DNA of 25,693 nucleotides from Bdellovibrionia bacterium (GTDB lineage Bacteria; Bdellovibrionota; UBA1018): NCBI GenBank assembly GCA_045805065.1, contig JBJMMA010000252.1, positions 1 to 25,693 of the forward strand, read 5' to 3'. Shown piece by piece: positions 17,210 to 25,693 of this stretch (position 1 is its first letter; each line of letters starts with the position of its first letter). The notes under the pieces were generated by a model. It saw only the letters and a program-made list of their open reading frames with translations, ran no database searches and was not told where the DNA came from. The position numbers and the translations under genes were made by a program.

Positions 17210-18576
17210 GTCTGTCTTCAGAGCTTCTCAAAAAATATAACGTAGCCGGTCCTCGTTACACGAGTTACCCAACGGTTCCTTATTGGTCCGTGAACCCAAC
17301 TCCTGAGCAATGGATTGGTGCTGTATCAGCCGCCTTGAAAGAAGGGGAGAAGGATGGAATTGGAGCCGCGCTCTACATTCACATTCCTTTCTGTCAAAGC
17401 CTTTGCACCTATTGCGGATGCAATACGCGCATCACGCGCAATCGCGCAGTCGGCCAGCCTTACGTCGATACTGTGATCCAGGAATGGGATCTTTATCGGA
17501 CCAAAATGGGAGTTGATCAGATCGCGCTTGAGGAATTGCACCTGGGCGGCGGCACGCCAACTTTCCTTACGCCTGCTGAGCTTGAAACTCTCATGCAGGG
17601 GATTTTGAAAGGCGCAAAGGTTCTGCCTGGGGCAGAGTTTTCGCTCGAGGCTGATCCGCGCGTCACAACCCGCGAGCATCTTGAGATGCTGGCAAAGCTT
17701 GGATTCAAGCGCTTGAGTCTTGGGATCCAGGACTTTGACCCACGTGTTCAGGACATTGTTCACAGGGTTCAAAGCATTGAGCAGGTCAGGGAAGTCACTG
17801 AGACCGCACGCTCCTTAGGCTACACCAGCGTGAACTATGATTTGATCTACGGGCTTCCGCTTCAGACGCGCGAAAGCATCCAGAGAACGATCGAGGCCGT
17901 TCGCACGCTTCGTCCGGATCGCATCGCATTCTATAGTTATGCGCACGTGCCATGGATCAAGCCCGGCCAAAGAAGATTCACCGAAGCGGATCTTCCAAAC
18001 GGAGATGAAAAGCGCGAGCTCTACGAGCTCGGGCGCAGGATGCTTGAAGAAGTGGGCTATCGTGAGATTGGAATGGATCACTTCGCGTTGGAAAGTGATT
18101 CACTTTGGAAATCCTCAGTTGATGGATCGCTTCATCGCAACTTCATGGGCTATACCTCTCGTCAGGTGGCTCCGCTCATCGGCCTCGGCGTGTCGGCCAT
18201 TGGAGATGCTTGGACCGCGTTTGCGCAGAATGAAAAGGTCCTGGAGACCTATCAGGCACGCGTTCAAAAGGGAGAGCTTCCGATTCTTCGTGGGCATGTC
18301 TTGGATTCCGAAGATCAGGTCATCCGCCGTCATGTGCTCAATCTCATGACCAAGATGAAAACCGATTGGAGCGATCGCGCTCTTTATACGCCGTATCTTG
18401 ATACGGTCTCTCCACGTCTGCAGGAATTTATCAGTGACGATCTCATCGAGCTCACTCCGACTTCTTGCATCGTGAGGGAGAAGGGAAGACCGTTCTTGCG
18501 CAATATCTGTATGGCTTTTGATGCTCGCCTGACCAAGCAAGCTCCAGCCACACAGCTTTTCAGTAAAACGATCTAA
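17206..18576 (+). CDS. hemN: Oxygen-independent coproporphyrinogen III oxidase (radical SAM)
   Basis: GPRYTSYP, LYIHIPFCQSLCTYCGC, GGGTP, IGMDHFA, LHRNFMGY; ATGA overlap with hemE. Confidence 0.96.
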   Translation: MSLSSELLKKYNVAGPRYTSYPTVPYWSVNPTPEQWIGAVSAALKEGEKDGIGAALYIHIPFCQSLCTYCGCNTRITRNRAVGQPYVDTVIQEWDLYRTKMGVDQIALEELHLGGGTPTFLTPAELETLMQGILKGAKVLPGAEFSLEADPRVTTREHLEMLAKLGFKRLSLGIQDFDPRVQDIVHRVQSIEQVREVTETARSLGYTSVNYDLIYGLPLQTRESIQRTIEAVRTLRPDRIAFYSYAHVPWIKPGQRRFTEADLPNGDEKRELYELGRRMLEEVGYREIGMDHFALESDSLWKSSVDGSLHRNFMGYTSRQVAPLIGLGVSAIGDAWTAFAQNEKVLETYQARVQKGELPILRGHVLDSEDQVIRRHVLNLMTKMKTDWSDRALYTPYLDTVSPRLQEFISDDLIELTPTSCIVREKGRPFLRNICMAFDARLTKQAPATQLFSKTI

Positions 18577-18590
18577 GAGAGGAACTGATC

Positions 18591-19943
18591 GTGATCGGCT
18601 CACTCAAGAATCAAACTGAGCAAGATCGCGACGCCGCTATTGTCGGCGCGGGAATCTCAGGTCTTTTGACAGCCTATGTGCTGGATCAAAAGGGCTACCG
18701 GGTGACGCTTTATGAGGAGTCAAATCGCGCGGGTGGATTGATTTCGTCAACTCACACTGAGTACGGCCTGGTTGAATCAGCAGCGCACTCCTTTTTGGTC
18801 ACTGACGAAGTACGCGCGATCTGCCAGGATCTGGGCGTTGAGCTCAGTCCCGTTCGACCCGAATCCCGCGCTCGCTACATTTATCGACGCGGAAAGATGC
18901 GAAAGTTTCCGCTCTCCTTTTATGAAGCCCTGGTCGCCTTTGTTCGGGCCTATGCGGTTTTATCGCGCGAGGATATCTCTCGCGGAAGCGCAACGCTTGA
19001 GCAATGGGGAAACAGACATCTGGGAAAAGCGGCGGTCCGATATCTTCTGTCTCCATTTTTGACAGGCGTCTATGCAGCAAGGCCCTCAGAGATTTGCGTA
19101 GGCGCGGCTTTTCCGGCGCTTGAGATTCCTCGCGGACATTCTCTTTTGAGCGCCCAACTGAGAAAGCTCAGGCTGAGGCTCTTTGGACCCAAAGAGAATC
19201 AGCTCAAGCAAAGCCAGCGCAAGCAAATGATGACTCCGACGAACGGAATGGGATCATTGATCAGCGCGCTTGAAAAAAGGCTTGAAGCACGGCTGGGTGA
19301 TCGGTTTCAAAAAGGAAAAAAGCTTGAGTCGCTTCCCGAAGCAGCGAATGTGATTTTAGCAGTCCCAGCCCACCGGGCCGCAGCGCTCCTTGCCTCAAAA
19401 GATCAGAAACTCTCAAAAGCATTGGGCGAAATTCAATATGCGCCTTTGGTGACAGCGACGATCTTTGTTCCAAGAAAAGCGTTCAAAACCGCTCCGCAGG
19501 GCGTTGGAGTTCTGATCCCTGAAAGCGAGAAGCGCAATTGTCTGGGCGTTCTTTTTAATTCGAGCGCTTTTCCGGGGCGAGTCAGGGATGAGCAGTCCTG
19601 GGTATCGCTGACGATGATGCTGGGCGGAACTATTTATCCTGAAATGGTTGAAAAATCCGAAACCGAGCTGCTTGCTTTGATTCGCGCGGAGCTTCGAGCC
19701 CTGTTTAAAGTCAGTGATTCGGATGCCCAGAGTGTAAAAATCCATGTTCGAAAATGGAAACAGGCCATCCCTTGTTATAACGACAAGATCCTCGATGCCT
19801 GGAATGCCGCCCGCTCGGGCTGGTGTTCAACTCCAGGGAACCTTCTCGTCGGCAATTACACAGGCCAGGTCAGCATCCGCGGAATGATGCAGGAGGCTTA
19901 CGCGCTGAGCCCAAAATTGGCAGCTAGATTGCACCTCCAATAG
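18591..19943 (+). CDS. hemY: HemY/HemG-family FAD-dependent protoporphyrinogen oxidase
   Basis: IVGAGISGL, EESNRAGG, FLTGVYA, GMGSLI, LGVLFNSSAFPGR, WKQAIPCY. Confidence 0.88.
   Translation: MIGSLKNQTEQDRDAAIVGAGISGLLTAYVLDQKGYRVTLYEESNRAGGLISSTHTEYGLVESAAHSFLVTDEVRAICQDLGVELSPVRPESRARYIYRRGKMRKFPLSFYEALVAFVRAYAVLSREDISRGSATLEQWGNRHLGKAAVRYLLSPFLTGVYAARPSEICVGAAFPALEIPRGHSLLSAQLRKLRLRLFGPKENQLKQSQRKQMMTPTNGMGSLISALEKRLEARLGDRFQKGKKLESLPEAANVILAVPAHRAAALLASKDQKLSKALGEIQYAPLVTATIFVPRKAFKTAPQGVGVLIPESEKRNCLGVLFNSSAFPGRVRDEQSWVSLTMMLGGTIYPEMVEKSETELLALIRAELRALFKVSDSDAQSVKIHVRKWKQAIPCYNDKILDAWNAARSGWCSTPGNLLVGNYTGQVSIRGMMQEAYALSPKLAARLHLQ
19918..19933 (+). promoter_or_regulatory. Candidate sigma54 promoter for ftsH, inside the hemY 3' end
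   Basis: TGGCAGCTAGATTGCA (GG-N10-GC with TGGCA and TTGCA), about 85 nt upstream of the ftsH ATG. Confidence 0.6.
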
Positions 19944-20019
19944 AAATCTCAAACACCTGAAGCAAGCGGGTGAGCTTTGAGCAATCGATCGATTTTGGGA
20001 TCATGTTGGGGAACTATTG

Positions 20020-21930
20020 ATGAGCAAGGAAAACTCCGCACCGTCCTTCCCTCGTTTCAACTGGTTTTATATATTCGTCATAGGCTGGCTGTTTCTGCTG
20101 GTTTACGACTTTTCGCAGTATCGGCGAAACGTTGAGACGATTCCATACAGTCAGTTCCTGACTTACGTTCAGCAACAACAGGTCGATAAACTGGCCATTG
20201 GGCAGGAGCGGATCGAAGGACAGTTGAAAGCCCCGAAAGCCAATGGTCCTCATGAATTCGTCACTAATCGTGTGGATGATCCAGGCCTTGCGGATCGGCT
20301 CACCAAATCCAATGTCACATTCACCGCGGTTCATGAGAGCACACTTTTCCGGGATATTCTCTCCTGGACGATTCCCGCGCTTGTTCTTGTTGCGGTCTGG
20401 ATGTTCTTCCTGAATCGCTTTGGCCAGATGTCCAGAGGAAGCGGCATGCTTCCGATCGGAAAGTCGAAGGCCAAGATCTATGTCGAGAAAGATCTAGCTA
20501 CCCGTTTTGATGACGTGGCAGGCGTCGATGAAGCCAAGGAAGAGCTCAGGGAAGTCGTCAATTTCCTGAAAGATCCGAAGCGCTATTCAAAACTCGGCGG
20601 ACGTATGCCAAAAGGCGTTCTTCTCGTCGGTGCGCCTGGGACCGGTAAAACCCTTCTTGCGCGAGCCGTGGCAGGTGAAGCACGCGTCCCCTTCTTTTCC
20701 ATCAATGGCTCAGAGTTCGTTGAGCTCTTTGTAGGCTTGGGCGCTGCTCGTGTTCGAGACCTCTTTCAAACGGCGCGTACTCAATCGCCATGCATTCTTT
20801 TTATCGACGAACTCGATGCTTTGGGAAAAGCCCGCGGCTTGAACGCAATTGCAGGCTCATCCAATGACGAAAAAGAACAGACCTTGAACCAGCTTCTGGC
20901 AGAGATGGATGGATTTGATCCATCGAGCGGGATTGTGGTCGTTGCAGCGACAAACCGTCCTGAAGTTCTGGATCCGGCTCTCCTCAGAGCTGGGCGATTT
21001 GACCGCCAGATCCTGGTCGATAAGCCAGACCGGCTGGGAAGAATCAAGATCTTGGAAGTTCACATGAAGAAGGTGAAACTTGCACAGGGTGTGACACCAG
21101 GGCACCTTGCGGCACTGACGGCAGGTTTTTCGGGCGCTGATCTTGCCAATCTTGTGAACGAGGCCGCACTCTTTGCGACTCGCCGAGGGGCGGAGGCCAT
21201 TGAGGAGTCCGACTTTACCTCAGCTCTTGAGCGAATCATCGCAGGCGTTGAGCGGAGAAGCCGCGTTCTGAATCCGTCCGAGCGACGTCGCGTGGCTTAC
21301 CATGAAATGGGTCACGCCGTGGTCGCTCTTTCGATGGGAGAAAACGAAGCGGTACACAAAGTCAGCATCATTCCGCGCGGGATCGGAGCGTTGGGTTATA
21401 CGATGAGACGCCCAACGGAAGACCGTTATCTCCTGGCAAAGCGCGAGCTTGAATCCAAGCTTGCCATTGCTCTGGGAGGCCGGGCCGCTGAGACGCTCTT
21501 CTTTGACGACATATCCACCGGTGCCGCCGATGACTTGGATAAGGCCACGGAGATTGCGCGAGCCATGATCACTCAATACGGAATGAGCGCTGAGCTTGGA
21601 CTTGCGGCATACGAGCGAGAGCCAACGCCACTTCTTGGCAGTCAGTCCAGGATTCGCAGCTACGAATACAGTGAGAAGACCGCTGAATCCATCGACAAGG
21701 AGATTCAGCGCCTGCTCAATCGATCAGTGACCGTTGCCACTCATGTGATTCGCACCAACAAGGATTTTGTCGAAGAGTGCGCATCCATTCTCATGGCAAA
21801 GGAAACGATCGATGAGCAAGAGCTCAAGAAGCTTTGGGAAAAATCCCACCAGGCGCAAGCTGCTCAAGGCTCGAACGATGATGAAGCTCACAACGTTCGT
21901 CGCCTGAGCGACTTTACTGGCACTGCTTAA
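20020..21930 (+). CDS. ftsH: ATP-dependent zinc metalloprotease FtsH
   Basis: Two TM helices, Walker A GAPGTGKT, Walker [35 protein letters not shown]. Confidence 0.96.
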   Translation: MSKENSAPSFPRFNWFYIFVIGWLFLLVYDFSQYRRNVETIPYSQFLTYVQQQQVDKLAIGQERIEGQLKAPKANGPHEFVTNRVDDPGLADRLTKSNVTFTAVHESTLFRDILSWTIPALVLVAVWMFFLNRFGQMSRGSGMLPIGKSKAKIYVEKDLATRFDDVAGVDEAKEELREVVNFLKDPKRYSKLGGRMPKGVLLVGAPGTGKTLLARAVAGEARVPFFSINGSEFVELFVGLGAARVRDLFQTARTQSPCILFIDELDALGKARGLNAIAGSSNDEKEQTLNQLLAEMDGFDPSSGIVVVAATNRPEVLDPALLRAGRFDRQILVDKPDRLGRIKILEVHMKKVKLAQGVTPGHLAALTAGFSGADLANLVNEAALFATRRGAEAIEESDFTSALERIIAGVERRSRVLNPSERRRVAYHEMGHAVVALSMGENEAVHKVSIIPRGIGALGYTMRRPTEDRYLLAKRELESKLAIALGGRAAETLFFDDISTGAADDLDKATEIARAMITQYGMSAELGLAAYEREPTPLLGSQSRIRSYEYSEKTAESIDKEIQRLLNRSVTVATHVIRTNKDFVEECASILMAKETIDEQELKKLWEKSHQAQAAQGSNDDEAHNVRRLSDFTGTA

Positions 21931-22609
21931 GTTCGCTTTGCGTGTACAAGTAGCAACTGTCAGGCAGCTTGCACTGATTGGTGACCGGCGCACGGTCTCT
22001 GGCCGGAGGAGGCGGTAAGCCCGGAGTGGACGAAGGCGCCACAACCGGATTATTGCCTTGGCCGTTCATGCGCTTGCCCGCCCACATCACGCTTTGGAAC
22101 TTGATCGTTGCCTTGTCCTGATTAGGTCCGGCTGGGCCGCACTCCACTTTTCCCATCAGATTGATGGACAGCGGAGCATTGCAGTTGTTGGTGCCGTTGC
22201 CGTCGGACTTAAGCTTGGCCACGACGCCATCGACGATCACGTCAAATTCACCATCAGGCAGGAAGTACCAGGACGTATCCACCTTATGGTCCAAAGTGCG
22301 AACGCTTAAGATACGTGATTTGCAGTCGGCCTGAACATAAACCGGTTCAAGGTCTTCGTTCAGGTGAACCGTACTTGTTCCGATCGGACAGTTCCACATC
22401 TGAAGCCTCAGAGGCTTCACATCACCCACTGCACCGTATGGGCATTGGGTGCCGTAGGCACTGAGCCCATCCACCGGTTTGTAGTCGTTGCTTCGCTGAG
22501 ACGCATCGATATTGGCGTCATCTGGCCTTCCGCAGCTTGCGGTTCCCAAAGCCATAATTGCAGCTACGCCGAGAAGGGATGAAACTGCGCTGAGTAGAGT
22601 CTTTTTCAT
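21914..22609 (-). CDS. Hypothetical Cys-rich lipoprotein
   Basis: MKKTLLSAVSSLLGVAAIMALGTAS-C lipobox, GGGG SD, eight further Cys, Pro-rich linker; overlaps the ftsH end by 17 bp. Confidence 0.7.
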   Translation of the reverse strand: MKKTLLSAVSSLLGVAAIMALGTASCGRPDDANIDASQRSNDYKPVDGLSAYGTQCPYGAVGDVKPLRLQMWNCPIGTSTVHLNEDLEPVYVQADCKSRILSVRTLDHKVDTSWYFLPDGEFDVIVDGVVAKLKSDGNGTNNCNAPLSINLMGKVECGPAGPNQDKATIKFQSVMWAGKRMNGQGNNPVVAPSSTPGLPPPPARDRAPVTNQCKLPDSCYLYTQSELKQCQ

Positions 22610-22674
22610 TTGTTGCCCCCAACAGTAACTGGAAATCTAGAGACGTGTGACGAACACGCGTGTGGGAGGCCGAT

Positions 22675-22690
22675 TGCAAATTAGGAGCCA
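22675..22690 (-). promoter_or_regulatory. Candidate sigma54 promoter of the Cys-rich lipoprotein gene
   Basis: Minus strand TGGCTCCTAATTTGCA, about 65 nt upstream of ATG 22609. Confidence 0.55.
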
Positions 22691-22765
22691 TGGCCGCTTA
22701 ACGCGCCGCGCGTTGCATCAATCGCCCAGTGCAAGGTGCGTCAGCTTCAGTTATAGTCAGAGAGA

Positions 22766-23224
22766 GTGGAAACAAAGAATAGCCAGGACAGCAGCGATTT
22801 TCCGGTTTGGTATCAGCCTGAGGCGCCTCTGGGCTCGGCAGTCAGATACGTTGCTTCGCTTTCTCCAAAATTCAATTGGACGGGAATTTATATTCTAAAA
22901 GGCGATATTCTTGAGCTTGGTCCTTACATCGGAGCCAAGACTGACCACACACGCATCCCTGTCGGTCGTGGGGTTTGCGGGACTGCTGTTGCAAAAAACG
23001 AAGATCAGAACGTTCCTGACGTCAACGCATCGGACAATTATCTGGCCTGCAGTATCGAGACGAAATCTGAGCTCGTCGTGTTAATTCGCGATCGCAGCGG
23101 AAAGATCCTGGGTCAGATCGACATTGATAGTCATACTCCTCATGCCTTTGGCCCTGAGGAAGAGGCAGCGGTAAAAAAGGTAGCCCGAGAGTTAGGGGAG
23201 CTAGGAGAGCTATGGCCCGCGTAA
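22766..23224 (+). CDS. msrC: GAF-domain protein, free methionine-R-sulfoxide reductase-like
   Basis: FNWTGIY, LELGPYIG, RIPVGRGVCG, YLACSIETKSELVV, GQIDIDS. TATAGT lies 8 nt before the GTG start. Confidence 0.75.
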   Translation: METKNSQDSSDFPVWYQPEAPLGSAVRYVASLSPKFNWTGIYILKGDILELGPYIGAKTDHTRIPVGRGVCGTAVAKNEDQNVPDVNASDNYLACSIETKSELVVLIRDRSGKILGQIDIDSHTPHAFGPEEEAAVKKVARELGELGELWPA

Positions 23225-23784
23225 AAAAAGCGAAACCCACCTTGGATTCGATTTTCTTCTCAACGCCTGAGCAAAAGGTGATGAGACTTCTCCTTTCGGA
23301 GCCAACCACTTCGCTTACGCCGCGAGTGATCTCATCGAAGCTCAAAGGCGTCCGTGGTCTGGGTGGTGTTGAAGGCCTGATGAAGATCTTGAATGACCTC
23401 CAGGAACTCGGGCTCGTTGACTTTGTGGATAATCACCGTGCTGTTCGTCTTCACGATGATGGAGCATGCCTTGAGCTTTTGAAGCGCTTCAGTGCCATCT
23501 GTGATCTTGAAACCCTGAAGCAGCTTCTTGAACCGATCTGCTCCAAGGGGATCCTCTTTGGCAGCCGCGCGAGTGGTCGCGCACGTAGTGACAGTGATTA
23601 CGATCTTTTTGTCGTCAGCGATACTCCCGCCGAAGCCATGCAGATCGCTGCAAGCCATCCGCTTGGAAAACTGATCGAGCTTGTGGCGTGGACGCCCGAA
23701 AAATTTGAGCGGATCAAAACTGAGGATCCTGGACTGCAGACCAAGCTTCAGGCCGGCACCGTGTTGTGGGGATCTAGCTGGTAA
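23212..23784 (+). CDS. Winged-HTH + minimal nucleotidyltransferase (Pol-beta superfamily) protein
   Basis: ILFGSRASGRARSDSDYDLFVV (hGS-x9-DxD); N-terminal LNDLQELGLV wHTH-like segment; AGGAG SD. Confidence 0.8.
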   Translation: MARVKKAKPTLDSIFFSTPEQKVMRLLLSEPTTSLTPRVISSKLKGVRGLGGVEGLMKILNDLQELGLVDFVDNHRAVRLHDDGACLELLKRFSAICDLETLKQLLEPICSKGILFGSRASGRARSDSDYDLFVVSDTPAEAMQIAASHPLGKLIELVAWTPEKFERIKTEDPGLQTKLQAGTVLWGSSW

Positions 23785-24569
23785 TGCATCCGATCTTGCT
23801 CCAACTCGGACCGATTCCAATCCACACCTATGGTGTCATGATCGCGATTGGATTTTTGTCTGCGCTCCTGGTTTTAAAAAAGCTTTCTCCGGCAGAGGGC
23901 TTGCGATTTGAGAGCCTGGTTGATCTTGCGTTTCTTTGCCTGCTCTCGGGTTTTTTAGGAGCGCGTCTTCTTTTTATTCTGACACTCTTCAAAGAGTTCG
24001 CAGCGGATCCTGTATCGATTTTCAAAGTCTGGGAAGGTGGGCTTGTTTTTTACGGCGGTCCTATTGCCGCAGTCCCTGTTCTTCTTTGGTACACCCGCAA
24101 AAAGAAAATGAATGTCTGGAAAGTGGGAGACGTCGCGGTTCCTGCTTTAACGATTGCTCATTTCTTTGGAAGACTTGGCTGCTTCGGGGCAGGTTGCTGC
24201 TACGGAAAGCCTACGGATTCTATTTTCGGCGTGCGCTTTACATCACCCTTGGTTGATCCGGCACTCAGAGGAATTCCGCTTCATCCGACGCAGCTTTACG
24301 AAGCGTTCTCTCTATTCGTTCTCTTCTGGGGCCTGATTTATGTCCAGAAGACCAAGAAATTTGATGGCCAGACGATGTTGATCTATCTGATGGCTTATCC
24401 CGTGATTCGAAGCTTGATTGAGATTTTTCGAGGAGATGAGATTCGAGGCTTTGTGATCGGTAGCATGGTCTCAACAAGCCAATTCATCTCGCTGGTCGTT
24501 TTCATGATCGCAGGCGTGATCCTTTATCAACGCCTGCGGCAAGTGCATGCCGTTTCGGAGGCCTCATGA
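23784..24569 (+). CDS. lgt: Prolipoprotein diacylglyceryl transferase
   Basis: IHTYG, GARL, WEGGLVFYGG, GRLGCF, HPTQLYE, EIFRGD; TAATG overlap with the upstream gene. Confidence 0.95.
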   Translation: MHPILLQLGPIPIHTYGVMIAIGFLSALLVLKKLSPAEGLRFESLVDLAFLCLLSGFLGARLLFILTLFKEFAADPVSIFKVWEGGLVFYGGPIAAVPVLLWYTRKKKMNVWKVGDVAVPALTIAHFFGRLGCFGAGCCYGKPTDSIFGVRFTSPLVDPALRGIPLHPTQLYEAFSLFVLFWGLIYVQKTKKFDGQTMLIYLMAYPVIRSLIEIFRGDEIRGFVIGSMVSTSQFISLVVFMIAGVILYQRLRQVHAVSEAS

Positions 24570-25213
24570 TGGCATTTTGGTACCCTGTCGCTATTCTGCT
24601 TGGGGCGTTTCTGATTGGATCCATTCCCTTTGGCCTTCTCACGGCACGTGCTTTCAAAGTGAAAGATCTCACCGAGCGCGGTAGCGGCAATATCGGAACA
24701 ACGAACGTCTCGCGTGTCCTGGGCTTTTGGCCCGCAGGCTTTATCACCCTTCTCTTGGATGTTCTTAAAGGTGCCGCACCTGTTGCGATCATCGCCTACA
24801 CGGGTCTTGCCGAGTCCTTAGGATCACTCATGCAAGTGCCTAACGGAACACCATTGGTTACGCCGCTCCTCATCTGGTCGGTAGGACTCTTTGCCGTCCT
24901 TGGACACTGTTTTTCTCCGTGGCTTCATTTCAGCGGAGGAAAGGGTGTTGCGACCGCAATTGGCGTGTGGATTGTTCTTTCGCCTGTATCGGCTGCTGCC
25001 GGAATTATTGGCTTTGTCTGTGCCTTTGCACTTACGCAAGTAGGTGCCATGGGAAGTCTGACAGGAATGGTGTTTGCCGCCGCGGCTTATCTCGTGATGA
25101 ATCCCGTAGGAGCGCACGCCTGGGCGGGAGCTGCCATGCTTTTCGTCATTCTCATTCGTCACGAAGGCAACTTGGACAGGATGCTTGAGAACCGTGAAAA
25201 CAGGTTTCACTAA
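24566..25213 (+). CDS. plsY: Glycerol-3-phosphate acyltransferase PlsY
   Basis: GSIPFG, GSGNIGTTNVSR, LDVLKG, GHCFS, GGKGVAT, RHEGN. Confidence 0.95.
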   Translation: MMAFWYPVAILLGAFLIGSIPFGLLTARAFKVKDLTERGSGNIGTTNVSRVLGFWPAGFITLLLDVLKGAAPVAIIAYTGLAESLGSLMQVPNGTPLVTPLLIWSVGLFAVLGHCFSPWLHFSGGKGVATAIGVWIVLSPVSAAAGIIGFVCAFALTQVGAMGSLTGMVFAAAAYLVMNPVGAHAWAGAAMLFVILIRHEGNLDRMLENRENRFH

Positions 25214-25693
25214 TTCCTTACTTTTAATTTTGGCTCTGACGGGCGCATCGATTGCGAGCGCGCCAGGTAGCGCTTTTGCCAGAGATCTGACCGATGCTTT
25301 GGGCACGCAGGTCAAGGTCGTGGATCATCCTGTCCGTGTTGTGACGCTAGCTCCATCTCTTGGCGAGCTTGCGTCTGATCTTTTGGGCGAATCAATTGAG
25401 CGCATCGTAGGTGTGAGCGATTATACCGATTATCCACCTGCGCTTACCAAAGTCAAAAACGTGGGCTCCTACGCTCGCTTTAATCTCGAAGCAGTCGTGG
25501 CGCTGAAACCTGATCTTGTGCTGGCCACAAGCGACGGGAACTCGCGTGATCAGATCGATCATCTGAGAGAACTGCATTTGCCAGTCTTGGTGGTCAAGAC
25601 CTCGAGTTTTTCTGAAATTGATCAATCCATTGAGATCCTAGCTAAAGCCCTGGATGAGCAAAAAACAGGCGATGCGCTCAGAAAGCAGCTTAA
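25194..25693 (+). CDS. BtuF/FeS-siderophore-type (helical backbone) ABC substrate-binding protein, truncated by window edge
   Basis: Not in the ORF track; translated by hand from GTG 25194: MKTGFTNSLLLILALTGASIASAPGSAFA-RDLTDALGTQV...PVRVVTLAPSLGE...IVGVSDYTDYP...NLEAVVALKPDLVLA, open to the window end. Confidence 0.85.
   Translation, partial: MKTGFTNSLLLILALTGASIASAPGSAFARDLTDALGTQVKVVDHPVRVVTLAPSLGELASDLLGESIERIVGVSDYTDYPPALTKVKNVGSYARFNLEAVVALKPDLVLATSDGNSRDQIDHLRELHLPVLVVKTSSFSEIDQSIEILAKALDEQKTGDALRKQL

Noticed and set aside
23189..23212. Imperfect 9-bp tandem repeat (ELGELGEL)
   Set aside because: Very short, supplies the SD of the next gene; no sign of phase variation.
25691..25693. 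Terminal TAA as stop codon of the last gene
   Set aside because: Out of frame with the binding-protein ORF (CTT AA...), which continues past the window.
1..25693. CRISPR arrays, tRNA/rRNA, transposases, integrases, prophage genes
   Set aside because: No repeat-spacer pattern, cloverleaf or mobile-element motif seen; the window is almost fully tiled by housekeeping-type genes.

Overview
Bacterial chromosomal window of moderate GC. Gene content and order suggest a Bdellovibrionota/Oligoflexia-like organism (inference only). Left to right: a minus-strand tripartite efflux operon (RND permease, membrane fusion protein, then a TolC-like protein cut off at the window edge); a divergent metaxin/GST-like gene; a bidirectional terminator; a minus-strand RRM RNA-binding protein + infA pair behind a structured leader; RNase HI with a C-terminal hybrid-binding-like domain; Fur; an orphan His-loop lipoprotein; a 10-kb heme operon (hemA, hemC(D), hemB, hemL, histidine kinase, OmpR-type regulator, hemE, hemN, hemY/G); ftsH; a second orphan lipoprotein; and a GAF(fRMsr)-HTH/MNT-lgt-plsY-BtuF-like operon cut off at the right edge. 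Main observations: (1) an exact TGACA-N6-TGACA repeat upstream of hemA plus the embedded two-component pair, matching the Leptospira HemKR heme circuit; (2) a leader upstream of rbp-infA with an anti-SD helix and a competing anti-anti-SD, i.e. a candidate RNA switch; (3) several sigma54-type -24/-12 promoter candidates ahead of envelope genes; (4) an HTH-nucleotidyltransferase with no HEPN partner, overlapping lgt. No rRNA, tRNA, CRISPR or mobile element was seen. All assignments come from reading motifs by eye, without database searches.
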